A stretch of 22,155 nucleotides of DNA from the IMG/VR virus record IMGVR_UViG_3300050581_000228; one strand, 5' to 3'. The position numbers were made by a program, and so were the translations under genes. Shown here piece after piece: positions 14,797 to 21,964 of the stretch. Below the pieces are notes generated by a model that worked only from the letters and a program-made list of their open reading frames with translations, was not told the DNA's origin and made no database searches. Position 1 is the stretch's first letter; every line of letters starts with the position of its first letter. The stretch comes from a virus (taxonomy: Duplodnaviria; Heunggongvirae; Uroviricota; Caudoviricetes).

Positions 14797-15507
14797 TCAG
14801 GTGTAGAAGAACTTGGTTCCGGGTGTAGCGGCCTTGACCGCCGCTTCCAGTCGCCTGAGTTTCTCCACGTCGCCCGGCTCCTGCTCGGCGTTGCTTTCAT
14901 GCCAAGCTATGTCTTGGGCGACTTCCGCCAAAATGGCGGCCTTGTGTTCTTCACTTTGTACCGTTCGCGTCGATGCGAAAGCGTAGAGCGCACTTTCCTG
15001 TCCACCATGCCAGTGAAATGCCGTGGCAATGATCGGCTCATAGCTCGGGTCCGGTTCGCCTTCCGTCTCGGGCGGATACCCGGCGGCGTCCAGCTTCTCA
15101 TTGGCAAGGTCGCCGTAGGCGTCAAACCACTCATCACCATAGGGCAAGTCTCCCTCGACTTCACACTCAAGACAGCCCTTGCCCCACTGGTCGGCGTAGT
15201 TGTCGCCGATGCTTACGCCATGCCCTTGCGCCCCTAGCAGGAGGTCGCTTAGCGCGTCGATCTGTGTTTCTTCGCCCACGATGCCGCCGGCCGTGAAAAT
15301 GTCGGCCAGCGGCGCGCCCAGCTCCTTGTCGATCTTGGCGAGTAGTGGCCGAATGATCGGCTCATGCTCGGCCGGGGTCAAGGGATCGACCACGGTGCAA
15401 ACGTCAGCCCCGCCGCCGATGCTCCCGCCGCGCCGTTCCCAGGCGTCGGCGAACTCCGATGAATAAATGACGTGGGCGGCCCCATAGATTACGGTATCGG
15501 AAAACAT
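14797..15507 (-). CDS. Acidic two-module hypothetical protein, 236 aa
   Basis: N-terminal FADAWE..G...G.D module and C-terminal WHGGQ.S.LYAF.ST module, both recalled as stand-alone phage hypotheticals; RBS AAGGTG. Confidence 0.8.
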   Translation of the reverse strand: MFSDTVIYGAAHVIYSSEFADAWERRGGSIGGGADVCTVVDPLTPAEHEPIIRPLLAKIDKELGAPLADIFTAGGIVGEETQIDALSDLLLGAQGHGVSIGDNYADQWGKGCLECEVEGDLPYGDEWFDAYGDLANEKLDAAGYPPETEGEPDPSYEPIIATAFHWHGGQESALYAFASTRTVQSEEHKAAILAEVAQDIAWHESNAEQEPGDVEKLRRLEAAVKAATPGTKFFYT

Positions 15508-15625
15508 TGGTTCACCTTCGTTTACATAGTCCGCCCTTCCGCAAGGCGGGTCGGCAGGGGTTGCATCGGTTCGTTTTCTGTCACTCTACCGTTATCGGGC
15601 GGGAGAGTCTACTCCCACTGCCCGA

Positions 15626-15991
15626 TTAGGCCCGCTTGTAGGCAGGCCATGCGGGCAGGTTGCGGATTCGCTTCGGTTTCGGTCGGCGGTCGATCGCGCG
15701 GTAGTATTCCTGTTGCGGCCCGGCCAGCATAAAGCCGTGGCAAAACATGGTGCCGCCGTCGCTCCGCTCCAAGGTCCGGGGGTCGGCGTACTGGTAGTCG
15801 AATCCGTCGCCAATGGGGCATTCTCGCTCGATCACGCGCACAAGGTTCTCCGCTTGGAACTGGTTGCTCACGGCAATCAGCACGTCGCCCGGCTTCACTT
15901 GTGCGGTGTCGGTAATCCGCTCGCCCTTGTCCCATCCATTTGTCGGGCGGCCCTTCTCATAGGTCCGCTGATAGCGCTGTTTCATCTTCAT
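15626..15991 (-). CDS. Hypothetical protein, about 121 aa (MKMKQRYQRTY...)
   Basis: RBS AGGTG; ATG 4 nt after the upstream stop. Confidence 0.75.
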   Translation of the reverse strand: MKMKQRYQRTYEKGRPTNGWDKGERITDTAQVKPGDVLIAVSNQFQAENLVRVIERECPIGDGFDYQYADPRTLERSDGGTMFCHGFMLAGPQQEYYRAIDRRPKPKRIRNLPAWPAYKRA

Positions 15992-15995
15992 CGCT

Positions 15996-16253
15996 TCACC
16001 TGCAAGGTTGTGGATTCCGGCCGTAGTCGGCAAGGCGTAGTCGGCGCAGTGCTTCCTCGTTGGGCAGGGATTCCAGGAACGTGCAACAGGCCGCGCAAAG
16101 GCAAAGCCCCTCGTCGGCAAACGCCCCATCGGTCTCGCGGTGCGAAACGTAGTCCACCCCGGCGCTTCGGCCGCAATGGTAGCACGGGTTCACCTTGGCG
16201 TACTTGCCCCGGTCCCGGTGTCTCTGCCGCTCTTGTTGTTTTCGCGTTCGCAT
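15996..16253 (-). CDS. Basic Zn-finger-like protein (CYHC...CLCAACC); probably leaderless
   Basis: ATG 6 nt after the -10 box TATGCT; no room for an SD. Confidence 0.75.
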   Translation of the reverse strand: MRTRKQQERQRHRDRGKYAKVNPCYHCGRSAGVDYVSHRETDGAFADEGLCLCAACCTFLESLPNEEALRRLRLADYGRNPQPCR

Positions 16254-16259
16254 ATCTCT

Positions 16260-16288
16260 AGCATATCACGTTGCGCCAGCATTGTCCA
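16260..16288 (-). promoter_or_regulatory. Promoter TGGACA-17-TATGCT with the operator in inverted orientation
   Basis: Spacer reads ATGCTGGCGCAACGTGA; operator at 16268-16282. Confidence 0.75.
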
Positions 16289-16289
16289 T

Positions 16290-16333
16290 TAAAATCGGCC
16301 CGCTTTCCGGTGACTAGGCGAAAAGCGGGCCGG
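16290..16333 (-). terminator. Putative terminator immediately upstream of the promoter
   Basis: GGCCCGCTTT/AAAGCGGGCC stem (16297-16331), then ATTTT on the minus strand. Confidence 0.55.
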
Positions 16334-16385
16334 TCATAAGGCCGGTATCGGCTCGGGAGACCATGCGGCCGTTACCGGCCGGCGG

Positions 16386-16718
16386 TTAGTCTCCCGTCTC
16401 TTGCCTTGCTCCAAGCTCCCCGGTCACTTTTAACCGATGTTGCGCGTCATTTGGCCAACCATGTTTGTCCAATTCGGACAACATCGTGGCCACGGGGAAC
16501 CGCACTCGCACGACGATACTGCCTTGCTGCTCCAAGTCAGCTTGCAAGGCGGCAATCGCGGCAAGATAGTCGCCGTAGGTTTTCATCCGGGGCGTGTCGG
16601 GCATGGCTTGGTGCGCGGCAAGGTCGCCCTCGGGAAACTCCCAAAGGTAGACCCGCCTCGCGTTGCTCGGTATGCCGCGAGACGCTCCCACTATCTTCTG
16701 CACGTAGTCGTCACTCAC
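16386..16718 (-). CDS. Hypothetical protein, about 110 aa (MSDDYVQK...)
   Basis: GTG at 16718 overlaps the upstream stop; TY.DYL......DLE..G..V.RV pattern. Confidence 0.75.
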   Translation of the reverse strand: MSDDYVQKIVGASRGIPSNARRVYLWEFPEGDLAAHQAMPDTPRMKTYGDYLAAIAALQADLEQQGSIVVRVRFPVATMLSELDKHGWPNDAQHRLKVTGELGARQETGD

Positions 16719-17718
16719 TCTGCACCTGTTGCTTCTCGGCAAGTTGTTTCATCGCGTCCAGAAACGGCGCGAGGTATTCCAGTTGTTGCCCCTTGAACTC
16801 CAATCGCTCAAAGTCGGAGTAAGACGCGATAGGCGCGTCGATCTCTTGCCCGTGGGCCTTCGCCATGTCCTGCAACCCGCCGAATGCGGCGGCAATCATC
16901 GTGTTCCACTCGCCGACTTCTTCGGCCAGCGCCTTGACGCTGTACTTCCCCTCGTGCCACGTATAAACGCGCTTCTCTGCCCACGGGTCATCCGTGTAGT
17001 AGGAACGGCCGTACTTTCCTTCGTCATCCACGGAGACCTTCATCGTCGGCAACTCCGCGATTCGATCCAACAGGTGAATCACGCACAGGTGGCAGCGGAT
17101 GAAGTTGGGCACACCCCCGGCCGCCGGTTCGCTGGCGTATTGCGTCTTGCAAAAGGCTGAGTAGCGCCAGCCAGAGGAAAGCCGGGTCTTGATATTCCGC
17201 TTCTCCTCGTGGAACTCCGAAAGGTGCGGCCCGCTGTTGCCGGCGCGAATCTGCTCCTCTTGCCACTTGTGGAACTTCCGCCAGTTGAATTCCCATCGCG
17301 TCATGCCGTCCTTCGTAATGGTGGAAATGAAGCGGTCGTCGTCATGGGGCGTGTAGTCGGTTTCGATTTCCGCCGGGAACCGCGCCAAGCCGAACGTAGC
17401 CCATTCCGATCCGGGGCCGGGGATGGTGTCGAAGGAGAAGATTTCCAACGGTTGCACGCGCACTCGGGCACCTTGCTTGCGGTGCCAGGGAACGTCTACG
17501 CTGATGGACCCCTCCAAGACGGCGCTGAATGCGCGGTCATTGCCGCGCAGACTTTCAAGCGGTCGCTGGCATATCTTCGGTCCAAGGTAATGCACCTTGT
17601 CGTCCACATGCTCGAAAGGCAAGTCAAGGGCAAGCTGGCGCATGCGCTCGACCAGCGTCTTGGCCCGCTCGGCGGTGCGCGTTCTGCTGTCCAGACCGTA
17701 GTGAATTGTCAGGCCCAT
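16711..17718 (-). CDS. Conserved-type hypothetical protein, 335 aa (MGLTIHY...FCKTQYAS...NF.RCHL.VI.LLD...DEG.Y)
   Basis: Long ORF with AGAGG RBS; family recalled from MGE hypotheticals; function unknown. Confidence 0.85.
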   Translation of the reverse strand: MGLTIHYGLDSRTRTAERAKTLVERMRQLALDLPFEHVDDKVHYLGPKICQRPLESLRGNDRAFSAVLEGSISVDVPWHRKQGARVRVQPLEIFSFDTIPGPGSEWATFGLARFPAEIETDYTPHDDDRFISTITKDGMTRWEFNWRKFHKWQEEQIRAGNSGPHLSEFHEEKRNIKTRLSSGWRYSAFCKTQYASEPAAGGVPNFIRCHLCVIHLLDRIAELPTMKVSVDDEGKYGRSYYTDDPWAEKRVYTWHEGKYSVKALAEEVGEWNTMIAAAFGGLQDMAKAHGQEIDAPIASYSDFERLEFKGQQLEYLAPFLDAMKQLAEKQQVQSE

Positions 17719-17879
17719 GTTTTACCTCTCGCTTCTTCTTCCAATTCGTCCAATGGTATCGCGTCTTCCGCTTCGGCCGCCACGCTCACAAGACGATTCC
17801 TTGCCGCAAGGTACTCCGGCGTCGGGCACCTATGCGGTTGATCGTCGATCAGGTGTTTGCACTTCGGGCAGATGGTCAT
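17709..17879 (-). CDS. Small protein, 56 aa (MTICPKCKHLIDDQPHRCP...)
   Basis: ATG 3 nt after the upstream stop; CPKC...H.C; fills the gap; missed by the ORF track. Confidence 0.65.
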   Translation of the reverse strand: MTICPKCKHLIDDQPHRCPTPEYLAARNRLVSVAAEAEDAIPLDELEEEARGKTWA

Positions 17880-17882
17880 GGT

Positions 17883-18155
17883 TTAGTAGTCGTCGGGCAA
17901 CAGGATGGTGGTGGTCGAGCGGTCGGCTTCCGTGATGATCCAGATGTCTTCCCCTTTCAGCGTCTTGTAGGCGGAATGAATCCGTCCCTCCTCTTTCAGT
18001 GACTCTTCGTTGAGTTGCTTGTCCTCTGCGCACATCAGGCCCCAGTCCCCTTGGGCGTGTTTCGTCAGAAAGAACTCCGGCTTTTGGCTGGCGCGGTCCA
18101 GCGCTTCTAGTGCGCCGGGCGTGCCGACAATCTGTCCAAGCGAGAATTTGTTCAT
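17883..18155 (-). CDS. 'Plasmid-related protein' family (often mislabelled type I RM subunit M)
   Basis: FSLGQIVGTPGALEAL...H..GDWG.....D...NE..L....RI.SAY......IWIITEADRSTTTILLP.DY. Confidence 0.85.
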   Translation of the reverse strand: MNKFSLGQIVGTPGALEALDRASQKPEFFLTKHAQGDWGLMCAEDKQLNEESLKEEGRIHSAYKTLKGEDIWIITEADRSTTTILLPDDY

Positions 18156-18364
18156 GCTTCATCTACTGACGTTACGTCCACTCCGAGTATGCTCATCGAG
18201 CAATCGTCATCAGCTTCGTCGAGGCAATGCTCAAAGCCATTGTCGCACGCGGATTGCAGCGCGTTGCTTACAGCTTGTTGGGCGGCCTGCTTGATAATCT
18301 TGACCGGATGCGCCGCGTCGGCGTCAATTCGCAATGTCACTTTGATTTCCGCTTCGTATTTCAT
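18152..18364 (-). CDS. Hypothetical protein, 70 aa
   Basis: RBS AAGGTG; ATGA overlaps at both ends. Confidence 0.75.
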   Translation of the reverse strand: MKYEAEIKVTLRIDADAAHPVKIIKQAAQQAVSNALQSACDNGFEHCLDEADDDCSMSILGVDVTSVDEA

Positions 18365-18570
18365 CGTCTCACCTTTCGGAAGTCGGAAGGGTCAACCGAT
18401 CCCTGGACAACCGGGTTCGCGTTCCACGCGGCCCGTGGCGAACGGTAGCCCAGTCGGCGGTGCAACCCGTAGGTTTCGGCGTACCGTTTGAATTCGTCGA
18501 AGTCGGCATAGTTCTCGCGCAGTCGGCATTGCCACCCGCGAAGGCCACACTGGCAAGTCACTTGGCGCAT
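18361..18570 (-). CDS. Phage-type hypothetical protein (Y..FDEF..Y...YG...RLGY.S...AW..NP.VQGSV.P.D)
   Basis: Motif recalled from phage hypotheticals. Confidence 0.8.
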   Translation of the reverse strand: MRQVTCQCGLRGWQCRLRENYADFDEFKRYAETYGLHRRLGYRSPRAAWNANPVVQGSVDPSDFRKVRR

Positions 18571-18779
18571 GATACATGCTCCCGAAGAATCGCCAGATTT
18601 TCTGCCGACTCAGCGGCCCATTCGCGGATTGTGTCCAGCGCGAAGTCAACGATAGACCAATCACGCGCGTGAAGTCTCGCCTCCTCGACGTAATCATCGC
18701 TGTACCAATCGCAATGCTCCTCCGCAAAGTCTTGAGGAGAGTGCAATTGGTTTACAAGTGTTTCGATTTCGTTATTCAT
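18558..18779 (-). CDS. Acidic hypothetical protein, 73 aa
   Basis: RBS AGAGG. Confidence 0.75.
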   Translation of the reverse strand: MNNEIETLVNQLHSPQDFAEEHCDWYSDDYVEEARLHARDWSIVDFALDTIREWAAESAENLAILREHVSCAK

Positions 18780-18785
18780 GGTCCT

Positions 18786-19316
18786 CTAGCCCTTAATCAG
18801 TCCCTCCCGTATCAGCTTGCGCAACAAGCGGTATGCCTCTTGCGCGGTCGCCACGGTCCAGAAGCCGAAGGTCGCATTTCGCCTGCCCGTGTACTCGCCA
18901 AGGTCCGAAGGATCGCGCAGAAACTCCGGGTAGACGAGCACATTGTAGTCCAGCGGCGTCTGTTCGGTCCAGCACTCCTCCCATTCCAGATTCGGCAGTC
19001 TGCGCCAGGTGCCGTCTTTCCAAGCCCGATCGCGCCGTCGCTTCACGGCCGGCGGGATGATAAGGCCCGCGCCCAGTCCGATCTCCGGCCTGTCGAATTC
19101 GATTCTCTCCTTCGCGCCGGGGTAGATGAACGCCCCACCGCTAAGCCGGTGCGAGTTGAACCGCACTTGCACATCGCAAGCGAAGTGCCGCCCCAACCAC
19201 TCGGCAAAGCGGGCCACGGCCCGGTCAAGGCGCTTCGTCTTGCCATTGTATCCGCCGCCCGGCAATGGCCCTGCCCACGGCACTCCGGGACTGATTCCAA
19301 CAGAACGGGTAATCAT
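18786..19316 (-). CDS. Hypothetical protein, 176 aa
   Basis: RBS AGGTGG; collinear. Confidence 0.75.
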   Translation of the reverse strand: MITRSVGISPGVPWAGPLPGGGYNGKTKRLDRAVARFAEWLGRHFACDVQVRFNSHRLSGGAFIYPGAKERIEFDRPEIGLGAGLIIPPAVKRRRDRAWKDGTWRRLPNLEWEECWTEQTPLDYNVLVYPEFLRDPSDLGEYTGRRNATFGFWTVATAQEAYRLLRKLIREGLIKG

Positions 19317-19323
19317 GGTCCAC

Positions 19324-19464
19324 CTACAAGGTATGTGTGATTGCTCGGATTTCGCCCCGTAGCTCTTCGCCCAGCGCGAACAACTCGCGGCTCTCCTCGT
19401 CGGTCAATTCATCCGGCTCACAGTCGGCCAGTTCCAACAGTCGGTCGGCGTTTTCTTCTCTCAT
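19324..19464 (-). CDS. Small acidic protein, 46 aa (MREENADRLLELADC...)
   Basis: ATGA overlap with 19461-20042; C-terminal part of track ORF 19324-20421. Confidence 0.65.
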   Translation of the reverse strand: MREENADRLLELADCEPDELTDEESRELFALGEELRGEIRAITHTL

Positions 19465-20042
19465 GCTCTGCGCTCCACAATAACTCGACCGTCGCGCCAC
19501 CGCACCGACATGCCCGGCAGTAGCTCGATGTACTGATTGCCAGGGCCAATGCGAATCATCGGCCGGTCGCCTTGCATTTCGTTGTAGGCATAGATTTCGC
19601 CCTCTTCCATGCCGATGCTCGCAGTGGTCTTGAACCGGCTCCCATCGGCGTTGTGAAGGAACACGTCGAATTCCGGCTTGCCGAAGTTTTCCTTTCGGCA
19701 GTGCTCGTGGACCGCGCGCTCGACTTGCACAATAAGCCACGCCAATTCGGTCACGGCAAGCCGGTCGCGCTCGCCGCCGAAGAGGGCTTTGATCCGGGCG
19801 ATTCCCTTGGGGGCGTCCAACAGCCAGTAGTGCTCTTCGCCGACTTCCACGTGCATGTTGCCGAAGCATTCCCCGTTGCTGGCGCGAAGAGTAGTGCCGT
19901 AGCTCACGCGGAAGCCGGTGCCCGTTACGGCCTTGTCGGCGTACCGGCATTCGACCCCGGCTTTGCGAAGCTCGCGCAAGGCGGCCTGTAGGCCGCGATA
20001 CTTCGCCTTGCGCTCTTGCTCTTTGCTGATTCCAGCACCCAT
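19461..20042 (-). CDS. Hypothetical protein, 193 aa
   Basis: RBS AGGGGA; collinear. Confidence 0.75.
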   Translation of the reverse strand: MGAGISKEQERKAKYRGLQAALRELRKAGVECRYADKAVTGTGFRVSYGTTLRASNGECFGNMHVEVGEEHYWLLDAPKGIARIKALFGGERDRLAVTELAWLIVQVERAVHEHCRKENFGKPEFDVFLHNADGSRFKTTASIGMEEGEIYAYNEMQGDRPMIRIGPGNQYIELLPGMSVRWRDGRVIVERRA

Positions 20043-20051
20043 GATGATCCC

Positions 20052-20258
20052 CTAGCAAGGTCCGACGGTGAAGCCGGCCGCCGCGATTCCTTCCAATATG
20101 TTGTCTGCCATGCGGCCGTCGATGTTCAAGGTTGCATTCTGCCACTGCCACGGTTCGGCTTGGCAATTCTCGGTAAGCCACTCGCGGGCGACTTGGTTCA
20201 TCGGCGTAATGCCGATGATGCTGCCCATGCGGTCCACGATGAAGTCGTTTTGTGTCAT
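20052..20258 (-). CDS. Conserved-type MGE hypothetical protein (DF.....GSI..I.P....A.EW...N.......W....L.I..R....I..G)
   Basis: RBS AGGAG; recalled motif. Confidence 0.8.
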   Translation of the reverse strand: MTQNDFIVDRMGSIIGITPMNQVAREWLTENCQAEPWQWQNATLNIDGRMADNILEGIAAAGFTVGPC

Positions 20259-20267
20259 GTTGGACTC

Positions 20268-20462
20268 CTACGCAATGATTACCTGTAGTAGCTCCGGTTC
20301 CACGTCCGGGTAGGCTCTCAGGGCCTTGCTCTGGGCGTGCTTGAATGAGACAGCCCGCACGGTTCCGACTGGCTCGTGAATCGGCCACGTGCAACGGGCG
20401 ACGGTTCCTTTCGGATACCACCGCACCGCCGTTGCAATCTGGCGCACCACAACAAAGGTCAT
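20268..20462 (-). CDS. Hypothetical protein, 64 aa (MTFVVVRQ...)
   Basis: ATGA overlap with 20459-20743; RBS AGGGGA. Confidence 0.7.
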   Translation of the reverse strand: MTFVVVRQIATAVRWYPKGTVARCTWPIHEPVGTVRAVSFKHAQSKALRAYPDVEPELLQVIIA

Positions 20463-20743
20463 GGCTTGTTCCCCTGTTTGGCCGGTTTCCTCCATCCGAA
20501 CATTCTCAGCCCGGCCTTGTTCAAGTCGGGGAAGTGAACGGTCCAAGTATACTCCCCGCCATTGTTTTTCGGCTTGGCGGCAAGTGCCAAGGTGTCCCAT
20601 CGCGGCGGAACGTCAGGGTGGGCTTTGCAGTATTCACACTGGCAACCGCCGGTGACAGGGGCCGCAAGCTCGGCCGGGATGGGAACAAACAAGGTGCTCC
20701 CATCGTCACTGATGAAGATCGGTTGTCCGTTCATCGTTTCCAT
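20459..20743 (-). CDS. Hypothetical protein, 94 aa, CQCEYC motif
   Basis: RBS AAGGGA; follows the hairpin at 20767-20797. Confidence 0.75.
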   Translation of the reverse strand: METMNGQPIFISDDGSTLFVPIPAELAAPVTGGCQCEYCKAHPDVPPRWDTLALAAKPKNNGGEYTWTVHFPDLNKAGLRMFGWRKPAKQGNKP

Positions 20744-20766
20744 CGGTCATTTCCCTTGCTCTACCG

Positions 20767-20797
20767 CCCCTGCCCGCCGTCAATAGGCGGGCAGGGG
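20767..20797. other. GC-rich intergenic hairpin without a U-tract
   Basis: 12-bp perfect stem CCCCTGCCCGCC/GGCGGGCAGGGG, 7-nt loop. Confidence 0.65.
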
Positions 20798-20811
20798 CCG
20801 CTAGGTTGTCG

Positions 20812-21543
20812 TCACACGGCCAGCCCGCAATGGGCGTCAAGCAACCCCTGCAAGGTCATGGTCCGCTTCACGGCGGCCATCGGGGCGGTGCCCTTCATCA
20901 CTTCGGTGAAGTCGTTGAAGAGCGACCATACGTTCCGCGGCGCGAAGTCCTCATGCGCCGGCTTCCGCCACTCGCCGACCACCTTGGGGATTGCCTCTCC
21001 ACTGACCACGTGGGCCAGCAAGGCGCGAATCATTAGGTCGTGCGCTTCCACGTCCGAAAGCTCGCGGGCCTTATAGGCTTGAAACCTTGCCGCTTGCTTC
21101 ACGCGAAGGTCGGCCAGCTTCCCCACGGCGGCGTAGATCAGCCGGTCCAGGTCGCGGCCGATGAAGCGGGTATGCTTCCGGGCCACAACCACGTCTCCCG
21201 AAAACGAAAGGTTGTCGCAAACGAAGACGTGATTCCCCAGGGACAGCCCGGCGGGAAAGGTCTTGTCGTGCGAATTGCGAAGGCCAACTACCGTGTTGCC
21301 GCCGTCGCTGTTGTCGCCAAGGTGAAGCAAGCCGAAGTAGCGTGCTCCGTCGTGGTAGAGCGCGTGCTCTTCTTTCACGATGTTCGCGCCGCTGGCGACC
21401 AGCGCGCCCTTGACCGAATCCACAAGGGCGTCGTGCGCCACCGGGGTCCAGGTCGGGGTTGCGTCGGGCAGAGTGACGTTGCGAAGCTGTTCCATTTCTA
21501 TCACGTGTGCGCCGCTGTGCAAGCAAAGGTTTCCGTTAGTCAT
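20812..21543 (-). CDS. DUF932-family phage/plasmid protein, about 243 aa
   Basis: P..H..LV..V...G.RYFGLL...VVGLRNSHDK.F.AGL.LG..VFVCDNL.F.G...RKHT signature; start moved to ATG 21543 (GGAGTTCGCAACC). Confidence 0.85.
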   Translation of the reverse strand: MTNGNLCLHSGAHVIEMEQLRNVTLPDATPTWTPVAHDALVDSVKGALVASGANIVKEEHALYHDGARYFGLLHLGDNSDGGNTVVGLRNSHDKTFPAGLSLGNHVFVCDNLSFSGDVVVARKHTRFIGRDLDRLIYAAVGKLADLRVKQAARFQAYKARELSDVEAHDLMIRALLAHVVSGEAIPKVVGEWRKPAHEDFAPRNVWSLFNDFTEVMKGTAPMAAVKRTMTLQGLLDAHCGLAV

Positions 21544-21593
21544 GGTTGCGAACTCCAAAGTTGTGAAAAGGTGACAAGTTGCTCATCTACTCT

Positions 21594-21622
21594 ATCATAC
21601 CTCGATGCTGGCGCAACGTCAA
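21594..21622 (-). promoter_or_regulatory. Operator-containing promoter TTGACG-17-TATGAT
   Basis: Exact operator at 21605-21619; heads the DUF932 operon. Confidence 0.8.
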
Positions 21623-21679
21623 GTCTTCGTCTTGGATTTTCAGAGAATGATTCAAGTCCCCCGGCCTTACAACCGGACT

Positions 21680-21964
21680 CTAGCGGTAAAGGTCTCCAAT
21701 GATTTCGACATTGCTAATCGTCTTGCCGAAGTCCATAACGGCCGGCGCTAGGCTGGCGGCGTCGTTGGCCGTGCCGCATATCGTGCCGTCGTCGATACCC
21801 GGCGCGCCATATAGATAGGACAAGTCCCATCCGGCGTGCTCGTATACCTTGACCACCAGCGGGCGCTTCTTGCACTGTGCGGCGTACTCATCGGCAATCC
21901 GTCGCATAAGCTCATTGCCCCATTCGTTGGCAGCAAGGTGAATGAAGACCTTGTAGGCGGTCAT
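21680..21964 (-). CDS. Hypothetical protein, 94 aa
   Basis: ATGA overlap with the upstream gene. Confidence 0.75.
   Translation of the reverse strand: MTAYKVFIHLAANEWGNELMRRIADEYAAQCKKRPLVVKVYEHAGWDLSYLYGAPGIDDGTICGTANDAASLAPAVMDFGKTISNVEIIGDLYR

Noticed and set aside
17883-18155. Calling this a type I restriction-modification M subunit
   Set aside because: 90 aa with no SAM-binding or NPPF/Y catalytic motifs; that database label is a propagated misannotation.
6051-19890. TGCTGGCGC partial operator matches inside CDSs (about 6052 and 19877)
   Set aside because: Only one half-site, inside coding sequence, with no promoter; compatible with chance in GC-rich DNA.
10444-21702. Plus-strand ORFs across the right half (e.g. 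13107-13739, 17209-17841, 18576-19340, 20345-21076, 21040-21702) and the 365-aa track ORF 19324-20421
   Set aside because: They overlap a coherent, RBS-supported, ATGA-coupled minus-strand gene set; only the last 46 codons of 19324-20421 look real.
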